64,000 bases of DNA from Cirrosporium novae-zelandiae (lineage: Eukaryota). This document shows, piece by piece, positions 49,450-62,409 of the stretch. Positions within the stretch are counted from its first letter, which is position 1. The number at the start of each line of letters is the position of its first letter. The position numbers and the translations under genes were made by a program. The stretch is from contig JAPETS010000005.1 in NCBI GenBank assembly GCA_026023565.1, positions 496,001 to 560,000 of the forward strand. The letters are read 5' to 3'. The notes under the pieces were generated by a model. That model did not search any database. It saw only the letters and a list, made by a program, of their open reading frames with translations, and was not told the DNA's origin.

Positions 49450-49558
49450 GCTATGTCGTGTTCTTTAGCAATTAACGTACCGATGTTGAGCTTCAGATAA
49501 TTAAGTATACTGGGGCCTTTAATAAACGAATCATCTATCCATGAATCATCCCCCTCAA

Positions 49559-49565
49559 TGACTCA
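49559..49565. promoter_or_regulatory. Gcn4/CpcA site TGACTCA about 110 bp upstream of the AspRS ATG
   Basis: Perfect consensus; aminoacyl-tRNA synthetase genes are known cross-pathway-control targets. Confidence 0.5.
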
Positions 49566-50256
49566 GAGCAGTACGTTGTACCAAATGCGGAATAGTCCAT
49601 TTATATTAGGCTATTGCCAGATACCAGTACGTCTGAGAAGAGCAAGGTGGATACCTAGGTATCCTATATTCACACTCTAACCAAATCGCTATCATTATTT
49701 TGAGTTGTCTCATTGGTTCGACAACGTTGTTGGGGGTGATGAATTGCCGATTCGATAGATATCGCGAAATCGTTGCCGAGTACCATAGATGGATAGAAGA
49801 GATACTACTAACAAGTGATGGTAACAAAAATTAACTTGATCGAGTAAAGTATGTAATTATAAATACATAAATAGGTACCTACGTATGTAAGTTTTCTATC
49901 AAGTCCACGTTTGGTTTCAATCCTCCCCAAACAGTGCTGCATTTCTTATCCTACCTAGGTACATTTCTTTCGATGTACTGTACAACATTTACATCGGCAT
50001 ACCAAGGTATTTTTCCTTCCCTGGCCGATAGTTACGCTTTGTTGTTGCATCCGCAACGCTGCAAGGTACTAATCGTACTAATAAGGGGAATCTGGTCCCT
50101 TTCCCGACTGATATTAACCTGCTATCTGTGCCTCTTTTTATTGCTTCCTTGAATCTCTAATAAGCTTGCCTATGAAACCGATTTCTTATAGTCCTACCAT
50201 CGTGATTTTTCTGAACCCTGGACTGCGTAAGCAATCTTCAAACTCATACTAGAGCC

Positions 50257-51337
50257 ATGACTTCAGATGAAAAAATTGATGGTGATGTCTATACCCTCAA
50301 TCGAGGATATCGGGCCTCTGGCAGGTAAGGGATCTGATCCCCCCCCAATATTGCTAGTCTATCCCTCGCTCGTCTTAACTGACGTTTCTAGACTCGTACT
50401 ACAACACGGTCTCTGGAAAGATCACCTGGGATGGCTGGTTCACCCATCCATTGACCTGACCAGTCAGCAGGATATAAAAGTTGCAGACATAGGAACTGGG
50501 AATGGGTTAGCTTCTATTTTTCAAATACTTGTCCTAGTCTTCCCTTCCTATAGCATTGAAGAATTGACAAGTCATTACCACCTATCCAGTATCTGGCTTG
50601 TCGACCTCGCCCGCCAACTCCCAGCGCCTGCTCATCTGGATGGATTTGATATCTCGCTTTCTCAGATCCCATCGAAAGAGCTTACCTCCAAGAATATTGC
50701 TTTCCACTACCTTGATGCCTGCACCCCTATTCCCGCGCATCTTGAAGGGCAGTATGACCTCGTGCATCTCCGTCTCCTTGTCTTGGGCATCCGTGACAGC
50801 AATCCCGGCCCTGTTCTCGACAATGTCATCCGTCTATTAAGTATGCCATACCTCAACAAGTGTATCCCTATTTTAAAAGCAAAATCCTAACAGTCTTTGC
50901 ATCACTACGTAGAGCCAGGTGGCTACCTCCAATGGGACGAAGGAGAAATTAGTTCCATGATCCCCACCAATCTTCCCCCAACAATCTCACTCTTTCACTG
51001 CCGTGAACTTCTCGCCCTTATCCGTAGCTTTCACAGCGGCCGCAAGGATTCTCATACCTGGGTTGGGGACCTCCCGCGGCTTTTCGAGGCTCATGGACTA
51101 CTGGATGTTAAGTACCATAATCCGCCTATAGCGTCCAAGTCGTTGAAATACTGGATGGATAACCAGTTGATGGGGTTCGAGGAGGCATCGGAAATGTGGG
51201 AGCGAAGTGAAAAGGAGGAGGAGAGAGAGAAAGGGAGGAAGTTGAAGGGGTTGATTGGGAGGGCTTTTGAAGAAAGTAAGAGGGGTGCGGCGATCTGTTA
51301 TTTGCCGATGGTTGTTGTGGGGAGGAAGGGGTTGTAA
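50257..51337 (+). CDS. SAM-dependent methyltransferase (LaeA-like/class I, 4 exons)
   Basis: MTSDEKIDGDVYTLNRGYRASGR-LVLQH, VADIGTGNG-IWL, GFDIS, YDLVHLRLL, PGGYLQWDE. Confidence 0.88.
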
Positions 51338-51582
51338 TGGTTAGATGTTGGAGAGATACAGTACCCCTGTCAGTTCTTGTTATGATGTTTTTATTGGTAT
51401 TATATTGCATATATGCAATCGAGTGAATCTTGTTAAGACATGGTATATATACTTAATTGTAGCACTTCATTATTCCATGTGCCATATGTACAGCCTAAGA
51501 AAGTCTAGGATATCAAAATCCGTAGCACTATCCCCCTAACACTAGTTTGAGTCTTTCTCAACCAATCGAAACCACATCCAAA

Positions 51583-52934
51583 TCAAGGCACTCCTTTCAA
51601 GGTGCTCTTGTCTGTGTCATCTTCATCTCCTTCCCTCACATCTACATCCACCGTTTTCACAACCTTGATCCCATCGTCGCCAGCCCCAGCATCCGCATCT
51701 CGCAGAATCATATCCTCACTACTCCCATCTCTACCATGACCCACATCCCGACTCCCACCCTCAACCTTCACGCCATCTCTCGGCCGATAATACATTAAAT
51801 CAATATCATTCTCGTCGGCATGCATGCGGTACCCAGAGCGATTGGAAGCATACCGGCTTCTTCCATATGCGCCGGTACGGCCGCGCGTAGTGGGGCTTGA
51901 GAGGGATTTGACAATGAAGACGCGGGAAATAAGGGTATCGAATCGGGGCTTTAGAGGTGGTGTTGAGGCAGTGTAGAGACCGACATTTAGTTCGGCAACG
52001 CTCCAGCAGACGAGGTTTACCGAAGCGTAGGTATAGTCCGTGGTGACAAGGAGAGCCCCGAGTTCGGTCGTTTTTACAACGGAGCAGACAGTTGCGCTGA
52101 AGGAGGGAGGTCAGGGATGTGGATTGGAAAGTTTAAAGGACATGGGCTTAAATTAATGTACTTACAAAAGGCCAAATAGGAATATCACCCGCAAGGCCCA
52201 TTGGTGCCATTTTCGCAATTTTGCTTTAGCAATATAGACCAAAGGAGAAGTGGTAAAGACTAAATCCGTCACAATATTGGCAACTATGATAGCTTTTTTG
52301 TCAGCAATGATACGCCGATACCCAAATTAGGTCATCATACTCACCTGATTGAGCATAACCAGTCCCCTCATTAACTGTAGCAGGCCAGCAATTCCCTGTC
52401 ACTCTCACATCCCAAGTTGACACGAAAGGATGACACCGACCCAACTGCGCGATCAGAGCTGTCAATGTGGCAAGAAAGTTGATAAGAACGGCAGTGTAGA
52501 CAGTCCATCTGTATCTTCTACCCAGATTGAGACGAAGCAACGAAATAGCAATACTAAGTTTTAAGAAAAACACAGCAAGCACATTTGAAGGCTCAGCAAA
52601 AAATGTGTACTTCAGAGCTCCGATAAGTTCGTCTACTGCGAGATATTCAACATGTCTACCAAAACCATAATTCACTGCTACAACGTTAAAGATGGATGAA
52701 ACTACCCCAATTACCTTGGTTCATCAGTTAAACACTATATTTCTGAATGAATTTCGCAGAGAAACTTACCATCGCAAGAGCAGCTAGATAATCATCCCAT
52801 CCTACTGCTCGAGTGACAAAGATTCTCGTATGTAGTCGAAAGACCATTTGAAACAATGCCAGTAAGGTCAGGGAGATGACTGTGCCATAAATGGTAGAAC
52901 CTCGACTAACGTCAAGAGGAGTCGACTCTGTCAT
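51583..52934 (-). CDS. PTH11-like (rhodopsin-domain) integral membrane protein without CFEM
   Basis: RLHTRIFVTRAVGWDDYLAALA, YGFGRHVEYL, LKLSIAISLLRL, CHP...WD...GNC, WSVAELNVGLYTASTPPLKP. Confidence 0.88.
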
Positions 52935-54949
52935 AGCTATGAGTATAGATATATAGTAGATAGATGGTCATAAAGATATCGAGCTGTTTGAGCCAAATGA
53001 GAATAGCCAACAAAATATCAGTGAAGGACAGGAGTATAAAGTATTGATTTCGGGAGCACCCCATCTCTGAAAAAGCTGTTGCAATCTACAGGCCTCCGTA
53101 TCATTCCATACACCCCATCGACAGAAATGTTCCCTTTTGAGACAAAGGGAGTGATCGAAATTATGAGATACATTGACAAGGAAGGCATCAGTGACTGCTT
53201 CACAATGTAAGGTACACATCTTTCACATTCTCATTTAGTTAACAAGGCCCAATAAGACGAAGTTCTAGCATTCTCGTGATGCTCTAGAACCCTCTGTAAT
53301 AGGATTTCATACATAATCAATGGATTCAAAGGAACCAAGCTAAACCATGCTAAAGTTCTAGAGAATATAGGTCAATGCATAGGAGTGGGTGAAAATAGGT
53401 AACACAAGAATATTTACAAAATTGACATGGCTAGTCAATGTAACGAAGTCAAGGTTAATCACAATGTCTGGGGAACCGTGAGTCTGGATTGGCGAATTGG
53501 CCAGAGAGTGGTGAAATAGTGGTCAAGGAGATGGATGTATAAATTTTCGATCGTTTTGTGATTGCATTTATGAAATGAACGTCGAGGATTGGTGGACGAA
53601 CCCTGGCCTGACTGTGCCGCCCAGATACAGGACATTTCTCTAGCGCCGTTAGATTCCGCAAAGCTTGTGCTGTGCCACAATATACCCTGCCAAGGCCCTT
53701 TATGTCCCTGTAAATCCTCTCCCGCCTCCCCTCCCGTGTCCTCCGCCCTTCCGCTTGCTGGCGTTACTTCGCTTAGTTAATAATATTTTATGTGATTATT
53801 AATTCACATCTTCATTTAATCTCTTATATCACACTTGAATACCTATCAGCTTTCCAAAACATGGTTCAAGGGTTGCCAGTCTTGTATTCCCTGGACCTCA
53901 ACCTCAATTTCAATTTCAATCTTGATGCAAAAGGCCCTTCGAGTCGTCGTCGCCCTTCCAATCGGATGGATCATTTCTGTCTCATCTTGAGTATATTCGT
54001 GCATTGAACTATTATACAATACACGAAGAAGGGTAATAGCTCACTTGCATATCTAGTCCCTGCACCATGTCGGATGCAAAACTCTACAAAGCATCTTCAT
54101 CCTTAGTTGGCATGTAACGCTCGAGCGCATCCGCATCAGCATCCTAGTCTCCTTTGGTTGTAATTTGACTGTTGCCAACTTGCAGGTGTATAGCTTCAAC
54201 TCAACCCGTCTGGAAAATCAGTTTCTTTTGGTGTCTTTTGCCAACCCCGGAAATATCTCCGAGGATGGAGAACCTCGGGTATCTAGGGAGGGCCACCAGT
54301 TCATGGTTTAGAATCAAAGCCAAAGGTTCCTGAAAATTTTTATTACCCGTGATGTTAGCGTTGCAGCCCAGAGTTTGTTCCCAGGACATCATACATGCTT
54401 CGCTGCCTGTGGAGGCAGGGACAACATTCAGGTGTCAACGAATTAGATACAGGAATCAGGACTAATCCTTTCTATTGACACACGAGAACATCGACCTTCC
54501 TCTATCCAGGGTAGACCAGTGTCAAGACTGTTGGTTGATACAATTATCTCCGAACCTCTGACAATACGACTGAATAGCCCGCTAGATGTCCCGTTGATTA
54601 ATTCATCCATTCACATACCATGCGAGATTTTTGGCCAATTGAAGGTTCTATGTTCACTTTGTGGTCTGATAAACCCTTGGTGCTGTAGAACAACGAGCTT
54701 TATAGCAGTGGGTTATTTCTTGCGTACACAGACTAAGACAAAATTTCTATCGATTCTCATCCTTTTCATCTCTTCCACAGAATTTCCCTGAAAGAAATAT
54801 CCTTCTTCACACTTTCTCTTATTATTCTTTTTGTGTTTCGTGTAGGTGTATCTTGATTCTCAGACGAGGGTACACTGCAGTTACACTCCACCTATTGCTC
54901 TTTGTTCTCGTAGAAATTCAAAGTCCCACTCGAAGATCCCTCTACCACC

Positions 54950-56716
54950 ATGGGTCTAGGTATACGTGAGCCAAATCACAAGGGCGAAGGCCGCATTCCA
55001 GGAACGTTGCATCTCTATGATGATGATAGCATCGATTCCAACGAAGGTCCAGATAGCCCAGAGCTCAACAGAAATGTCAAGCATGCAGGGTCCAGCAGCC
55101 TAATTCTCTTTCCGCAGCCATCTGAATCTCTAAATGATCCTCTGGTAAGTACGTCTATAGCCGTTTACTTGTCCATATATACTGACGTGGATCGAGAACT
55201 GGTCTCAATGGAAGAAGGACCTAACTCTTTTTTCCATCTGCTTTGCAGCTGGGATCGGTGCCTTGCTCGGCCCTCTTCTCTCACCTGTCAACGCCATCTT
55301 GGCAGAAGAGTATGGTGTCTCGATTAACGAGGCATCGGAATTGCAAGGCTATCCCCTATTCATGTCTGCGTGCGGTGCCGTCGTTTTTTCTGCATTCTCT
55401 AGAGTCTGGGGGAAAAGGCCGGTATATCTTTTCGCAATTATCCTAATCTTTGCCTCCACGCTCTGGATCATCTGGAATGGATCCTTCAAAAGCTTTCTGG
55501 GTGCCCGTATACTCTATGGGTTTGGCTTGGGAGCATACGAGGGCATTGTAACTGCCTCAATCGGTGACATGTTTTTTGTGAGTCAACACATGACTTAACC
55601 ATTTATGCTGAAATTAACTCATTAAATTAGGTCCATCAACGAGGTACCCGAGTTACAATTTACACTCTCTGGTTGCTCGGCTGCACCAACTTTGCGCCTG
55701 TCATTGGCGGTTATATTTCTCTCAAGCACGGCTGGAGAATGCAATTCAAGATCAGCGCAATATTTGTCGGCATTGCGGTCCTCCTCGTTACCCTGTTCTG
55801 TCCCGAAACAGCCTACGGCCGCCCGAAAGTGTTTGAAACGGATATTACTTCCGACACAAGCATACTCCATGCCAAGGACGAGAAAGGAGAAATAAAGACA
55901 ACAACCACTTCGACAACCCCAGCCGGCTCAAACTCCGACGCGCAATCCGACGAACCCCAAAGGACCTGGACCCAAGAACTCCAACCATTCTCGGGGCGCT
56001 ATTCCAACGACAATCTCTTCAAGTTGCTAGCTCGACCTTTCATCTGCATGCTATACCCCGCAGTCCTCTTCGGATTTCTCGTAATCGGGGTAATGACAGC
56101 CTGGGCCGTCGGGGTCGCTATCACCATGGCGCAAGTCTTCTCGGTCCCACCAGCCTCCTTCAACTCAGCCCAACTCGGCTACACCTTCACCTTCGCAGCC
56201 GTCGGCTGCGCCACAGCCTGCATCTTCGGCTCCGTAGCGCTCGACCCCCTCTCGAAATACGCCGCGCGCCGCAACAACCGCATCCTGGAGCCAGAATTCC
56301 GAATCATCCTCACCATCGTCGTGTACATATTCGCAATCCCAGGCATCTTCTCCTTTGGCTACTACGCAACGACCCCGCACCCGCACTGGGTCGTCGTGAG
56401 CATCCTCTACGGTCTCATCGATTTTGGAGATATCCTCTCCGCCAGCATCTCCTGCACCTACGTCCTCGACTGCCATCGGGACTACGCCGTCGAAATGACC
56501 GTCGGCCTGCAGTTGCTGAGAAATTTTTTCAGCTTCGCCGCGAGCTACTTCCTTCCGAACTGGTTGGAGAACTCGGGTACCCGTAGGGTGTACTACTCCA
56601 TGGGTGGCATCGAGTGCGCCATGTTTGTTGTGTGTTTCTTCATGTATGTTTTTGGAAAATGCTTGCGGAATTTCGTGCACAGGCATAGCCCGTTGAGGTT
56701 TTTTCATCTGGAGTGA
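54950..56716 (+). CDS. MFS transporter (HOL1-like / DHA1-related)
   Basis: ILFPQPSESLNDPL-NWSQWKK, SRVWGKRPVYL, IGDMFF-VHQRG, LFCPET, EPEFRI; multiple TM segments. Confidence 0.9.
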
Positions 56717-56753
56717 GATGAGGTTTTTTCATCTGGAGTGAGATGAGGTTTTT
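56694..56753. repeat. 25-bp tandem duplication spanning the MFS stop codon
   Basis: tgaggttttttcatctggagtgaga twice (56694-56718, 56719-56743) plus a partial third copy. Confidence 0.9.
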
Positions 56754-58384
56754 GGTCATGCCATGCACATATACAAGTACCTACTTCAAGCTTTTTGTTT
56801 CTTCACGTCATTTCTTGCTCGGCAGTATGTAACCAATGGCATACCCTGTACATACACCCCCCCTCCCCCCTGCCCAATTCTTTTATGTTTTTAGGAAAAT
56901 ATAGCAATGGATACGTCAAGAAACGAAGCAATTCCCCCCCCTCCCGTCTCCCTCCTCGCATAACCGAAGCCTAAAACAATAAAAGTGAACCAACTCTTAG
57001 CTAAAAAAAATTTTTTAACAAGAGTTGGGATAATGGGGTGTTGATTGCTTTTGCTATTTGCAAAGTTGCAAAAAAGGGCTTTTAATAAGTATAATTAGTA
57101 GGCTTTAGGTAATAATGCAAGAGAGAAAAAGTAGTTAATTAATGGTTCTAGTCTCAGTAATAACCCGTTGAGAGGTAGTCTAATGTAATATATCTATACA
57201 GTCCTATAGTGCAAACAATGCAAACATAAAGCCTAGATACTTCCACAATCTTTTAATTCGTGATCTGCACCAATGATTGATTGGTGTTCTGGGTTTGCAT
57301 ATCTTGTTATTTGGGGAAGGGGGGAATGTAGCTAGGCAGGTAGGCCAGTTAGTTACTTTACGAGTGAAGGTGAAGGTAAGTAAAGTAAATTTTAGAACTA
57401 ATAGTGTTTTTTTTTTTTTCATTTTCATAGAATATCAAGAATGATGGTTTGTAAGTAAAATAGTATATTAATGGAAAAAAGTACTTGGATACCACCGCCC
57501 TTCCCTCCCCCCCTTCCTCCTCATTGCTTGTTGCACGCAGGTGCTATTTTGGCAGCAAGTAATTAGTCTAAATCAACCCCTTCATCCACTCACTTATAGC
57601 CACGCCACAGTGTTCAAACACCTAAACCGCCCCAAATAAGCCCCCCAAGCAGGTCTTCTAAGTAAGTTCCTAAGTCGGTTCCCAAATAAACTTCCAAGTA
57701 ATTAAGTATCTAAGCAAGCAGCTAAAGTAGTTAAAATATTTCAAAACAAAAAGTAGAGTGGCACATATATAAATTAAATTATTTGTTTGTCTGCGTTGGG
57801 GGTAGAATTTTATATTTTTAACGTAGGTAAATAAATGAGGTACTATAGACAAACGAGAAGTACAAGTAAATGAAAGTTACTGAAGTTGGATACCTAAATT
57901 GCTAGTAATATCTACTTTGTAAATGGCGAGGATCTAGCTTTACTATATAAAGTAATGCCGAGCGTACGAGCGGTTAGGGGGGGAGTATCCGAGTTATTTT
58001 CCGATATATTAATATACCGATTACATTTTAATTAATTGAAGGAGGAAAGTGGAGGGTGTGGTGTATGAAAGGTAAAGTCGGTATGATATGGATTTAAGCG
58101 AGTAGACAAGCTATAATTGTGTAATAACTGTAATTAATTATAAGCAATACAAAATGACATGTCCTTAGATCACATGTTTTGATATTGATGTTGAATGAAG
58201 CATATTGTTTGTGAGCAAAGGGGATCCCCTTAATAGAAACCTAGTATCTGAGTAGCGTACCATATTGTCTGAGAAAACCTCCCAACCAACCAACCGACCA
58301 CCTTATATACGAGTGAAACAAACTCCATATCCACCGATTGCATAAAACTCCTAAACCAACTCCAGCTTCTTAACGGAATAGTTC

Positions 58385-60549
58385 TCAAGCGGGAACAGAC
58401 TCCATAAATGCTTTGACGTGAGGTTCGGGGAAGTACGGCAGGAATACGTCATGCCAGGGTAGATGGTCGGTCTGGGGTCTGGAGGTTGAGTTTAGATTAG
58501 CACGGGATGATTAGATTGTTCTTGAGGACGTAGGGGGGAAGAGAGGGAAGTGTTAATTAGGTGAAGGAAAAGCAAAAGCATACCCGGCAGGATCCATTTC
58601 GAGATTAAATTTCCGAATCATATACGCAAAGCCCAAGCGCATCTCACACCATGCTAGACTGTAATTAAAGTTAGCTAGGGATGGTCTTTTGTTATGGCCA
58701 ATTAATTGATGGAGGAATTGCGTGCTACGTACTTCATGCCTAGGCACATCCGTGGACCTCTTGAGAATGGAACAAGCCATTTTTCAAGAGCTGCTGAGTC
58801 TGACTGTAGCCATCTTTCCGGAATAAACTCGTCTGGGTCTTCAAAGAGGGTTGGGTTGCGATGGATTAGCCATTGGGACATGGAAACGCAGGTCTAGGAT
58901 TTCGTGTTAATATGTAGCCGAGAAATGGAAAAGATTACTTGTAGGGAATGCTTACGCCGCCGGGTATGTGATGTCCATTGATGTTAAATCCACCAGCTGG
59001 CACGATCCGTGGACATCCAGAGGGAATATTCGGCCCCATCCGCAAAGATTCCTTGATAAAAGCATTCTAGAAAGTCAGCAAAGGGTCATGAGAAACAAGA
59101 ATCTACATACCAAGTACGGTAGCTTCTCTACAGCTTTGAGATCTGGTTCATCGTTGATATTAGGCCAAAACTCTCTGAGTTCTTGCTTCAAGGATGCCAT
59201 GCACTTCGGGTTCTTCATAAGATAAAAAAGCCCAAGCATCATTACGTTTGCCCCAGTGTCACTGCCAGCAAATATCATTGCTTGGGACTCGGCGTACAAG
59301 CTCTGTGTGCTTGGCACTGTCTTGGTTCTGTATGCCTCCGGGTTGAGCAGAAGGTGATATATGGTAGTGGAGTGTGGGAGATGCGAGAGAGAAGCTGGAT
59401 CTTTGACATGAGCTGCAATTTGTCGTTCAAGCCGCTAGGGAAAATTAATCTAGACAGTTCTCCTTGAAGGGAAATATCCTTACTTGTTGCATCACGAGCA
59501 AAGCTGCAGACCCAGGAGCCACTATCATTGCAAGCTTGCGTGGGACATTCGCGATTATCCATCTATACAATGCAGAGTGCTTCATGTACACAGGAGTAAA
59601 GACAGAAGTGTCCACAGACTCGATAAGTGGCGCATGAAAGTCCGGTTCATCAATAGAATTAACCGATCGACCGAAGCATAGGTAGGTGATAATATCCATG
59701 GTAAGACATCTACAGGCGAGAAACATGTTTGATGATTTGCCCTCTTTGGCTCGCCTCTCAAGGACACTGAATAGGGCATGGATCTGACAATATTAGCACT
59801 ACTTCGGTGAATTACAGAAGGGAGGGGGGGGGGGTCGGGCATGATTGTGTGTTGGAGATAGCAAGAATAAAACTAAAACAGGGAACCGGTATAGAATTAC
59901 ATCTCAAAGTAAGAGCGTCAAAGTCGATAATCCAGACGAGTAACCATCAACTAGGGCATCTATACAGTGGTTTCCATTAAAAAAAATAAGTTGCGTACCT
60001 TTTCTACGACAAGTGGTTGAATATCTTCATGAATCGCCTTTGGTGCGAACATCTTTGAAAGAACATTTCGTCTCTCCTTGGCAGGTCGATAATCCAAAAA
60101 GCCAAATGAAGATTCATTGGCTCCGAAGCTATGATATAGCGTTTCCTCCTTCCTCCAGCGGTTCAAGTTGTTATAAATCTCATGGTAGGCTTCTGGAGCC
60201 GCAAAGTGCAACTGTGATAATGTTAGATGTGTCAACAATTCATGAACAAAAGAAAATACCTCATTGGGACCGATGCGGACAATATCTCCTGCAATCGAGT
60301 TAGCGGGCTGGAAGTTGAATGAAGAATGAAAAATAGACCATAGATCTTATGGAGATTCACGAGTTCATGTGTAAGTGACCTTTGTAAGACACACTCATAC
60401 CAAGACTTCCAAAGCTTCGTGATTGCCGCACCTCGGGGTCCGGGGTATTTGGCCAAAGGATGAAAATATAGGTTATAGAGGATGGTGCAGACCTGATAGA
60501 CGAACCAGGTAGCTGCCACGATAAAGGAAATATCTTGAAGCCAAGCCAT
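58385..60549 (-). CDS. Cytochrome P450 (multi-exon, secondary-metabolism type)
   Basis: HPLAKYPGP, IVRIGPNE-LHF, FAGSDT, KESLR, PERW, heme motif FSRGPRMCLG; the junctions checked keep frame. Confidence 0.92.
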
Positions 60550-61737
60550 GATTGCGAGTAAGATTATAGAAAAAAAAGGTCACTCTAGGAATGATATATA
60601 GGAATTCAAGAAATCATCATGTTGATAGCATAGAAGCTCTGATGACAAGGAGAACCAAAGTCATGTTTACACAAAAGGGATAAATTGCAATACATTGAGC
60701 TGAGAGAAAAGTCCTGTCAAAGGTGGCTTGTATGAAGGATGCGGATGATTATCCTTGACTTTGGTTTCAATCCAGAGTCCAGAGAGAAAAGCTTCATGTC
60801 AGTAGGAATCAAAGGTCCACCTGAGGAAGATAGCAAGAGGTTCCAACATTTCATCAAGACAGCATTGCATGGATAGCAATGGTTACATTGTTGGGATGAA
60901 CTGGCGAGATATTTCCGAGTATTTACTGTGTAGCGAGCTTAGTTGAATCCCTTAAGGGGGGTTTGGAAATACAAAAAGACTAAATAATTAAAATTAAGTT
61001 TAGGGCGAGTTTTTTTACTTTTTAATACGCTCAGGTACAATACCGTCAGGATGTGCATACTGTAATTAATTACTAGTACTGTTTGGCCGTTGGAAAGATC
61101 GCCCTGTACCAAAGAGATCACTAGCGAGCTTACTCTTCCTCCGCTAGTTTAATACCCGCTCTCCGAAATTCCGCAATAGTCCGAGAGGTCCAAATAGATC
61201 CGACAATTCAAGGTTATACATCCTCCTCCCAGTGGAACGCAGGTTCCATACTCATTCTCGACCGTACTAACGGCAACGCCCGGACTTGCATTAGTGCAAT
61301 ATAAAGTATTGCGTAACCAAACAAACTTCCTTGACTCAAAATCTTGATTGAAGGAACGCTATCAAGACACGAAGGAAGTACTAGAGCTCAACAACTAACT
61401 TCATAACAACAAAGTATATAAATTCAGCTTTTTACATTAGACATGCTATCCTGGTATGCATATCTCTTCCTAACTGCGCTTGACCGTGGATCAGTTACTT
61501 TCAATAATCTAACCATCTACGGAACCATTGCTTCCATTCAACCTCATTTTGAGAGAATCTATTTTCTATCCTCCTATCTTGTAATAGCGTACAGACAATT
61601 CATTGCACAAATGATAAGCAAAATCACTACCCATATAGTCTATACCATTACCCTACCACGCTTCCTAACCACAAGGCCCCCCACATAGCCTTGAACCCTA
61701 GTCCTGACTGCCTTGTTCTAATAACCCCAGAGTCTGC

Positions 61738-62409
61738 CTACACCAGAGGTTTCTTAGCCTTGAACAACAAAATAGCCCCTACTGTGCGGCTCTCAACCTC
61801 GTGAAAGTTTCGCCTCAATGATTCCACCACTGCCTCTTCACTATCTTTTCGATTGTCGAAGAATCCAACCGTATTACCAAGTTTCAGCACCGCTTTGCCG
61901 AACAAATTGTGCTTGACTCCTGTACCAAGGATAGTAGCTCCATACACCACGCCGTCTCTGGTGAGATTGAATTTAAGATGGTCAAAGATGGCAGTCTTTC
62001 TACTTGGGGGGCCGGGCATGCAATGTAGCAAGTAGAACATCGACACCGAATTGAACCGCTGTTTTGTTGGAAGCGGCTCGAAGATGTCATGGAGTATGCA
62101 CTCCGTATCTGGTCTGCCCATTTTAGCTTTCGAGGCTTCCAGAGCGTTGGGGTTGAGATCGGCGAGTGTCATGTGTACATCTGCTGGAATTTTGGCGTGA
62201 CTCAGGAAATATCCAGTTCCAACACCGATATCGAGATGATTTTTGCCCATATTCTCTCGAAAGAATGGTAGAAGAACTTTGGTGGTCCGGCAGCGCCATG
62301 CGTAGCTATTCACAACACCAAGCACCCACCAGTCATAGATAGCCAGTAGCCAGCGACTGTAAATGGCTGCGCCCTGCGCGCCAGTCTTCTCTTGTACGTT
62401 TGAAGACAT
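61738..62409 (-). CDS. Class I SAM-dependent methyltransferase (intronless)
   Basis: ATG at 62409; YDWWVLG...AWRC, HLDIGVGTG, LADLNPNAL, FYLLHCMPG, GVVYGATILG. Confidence 0.88.
   Translation of the reverse strand: MSSNVQEKTGAQGAAIYSRWLLAIYDWWVLGVVNSYAWRCRTTKVLLPFFRENMGKNHLDIGVGTGYFLSHAKIPADVHMTLADLNPNALEASKAKMGRPDTECILHDIFEPLPTKQRFNSVSMFYLLHCMPGPPSRKTAIFDHLKFNLTRDGVVYGATILGTGVKHNLFGKAVLKLGNTVGFFDNRKDSEEAVVESLRRNFHEVESRTVGAILLFKAKKPLV

Noticed and set aside
52968..54800. Short ORFs between the PTH11-like and MFS genes
   Set aside because: No recognisable domains or splice-consistent model; likely a long divergent promoter region.
57957..57985. Helitron-like terminal hairpin (gccgagcgtacgagcgg)
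   Set aside because: Imperfect stem with no properly spaced CTRR terminus or matching 5' end; too weak to call.
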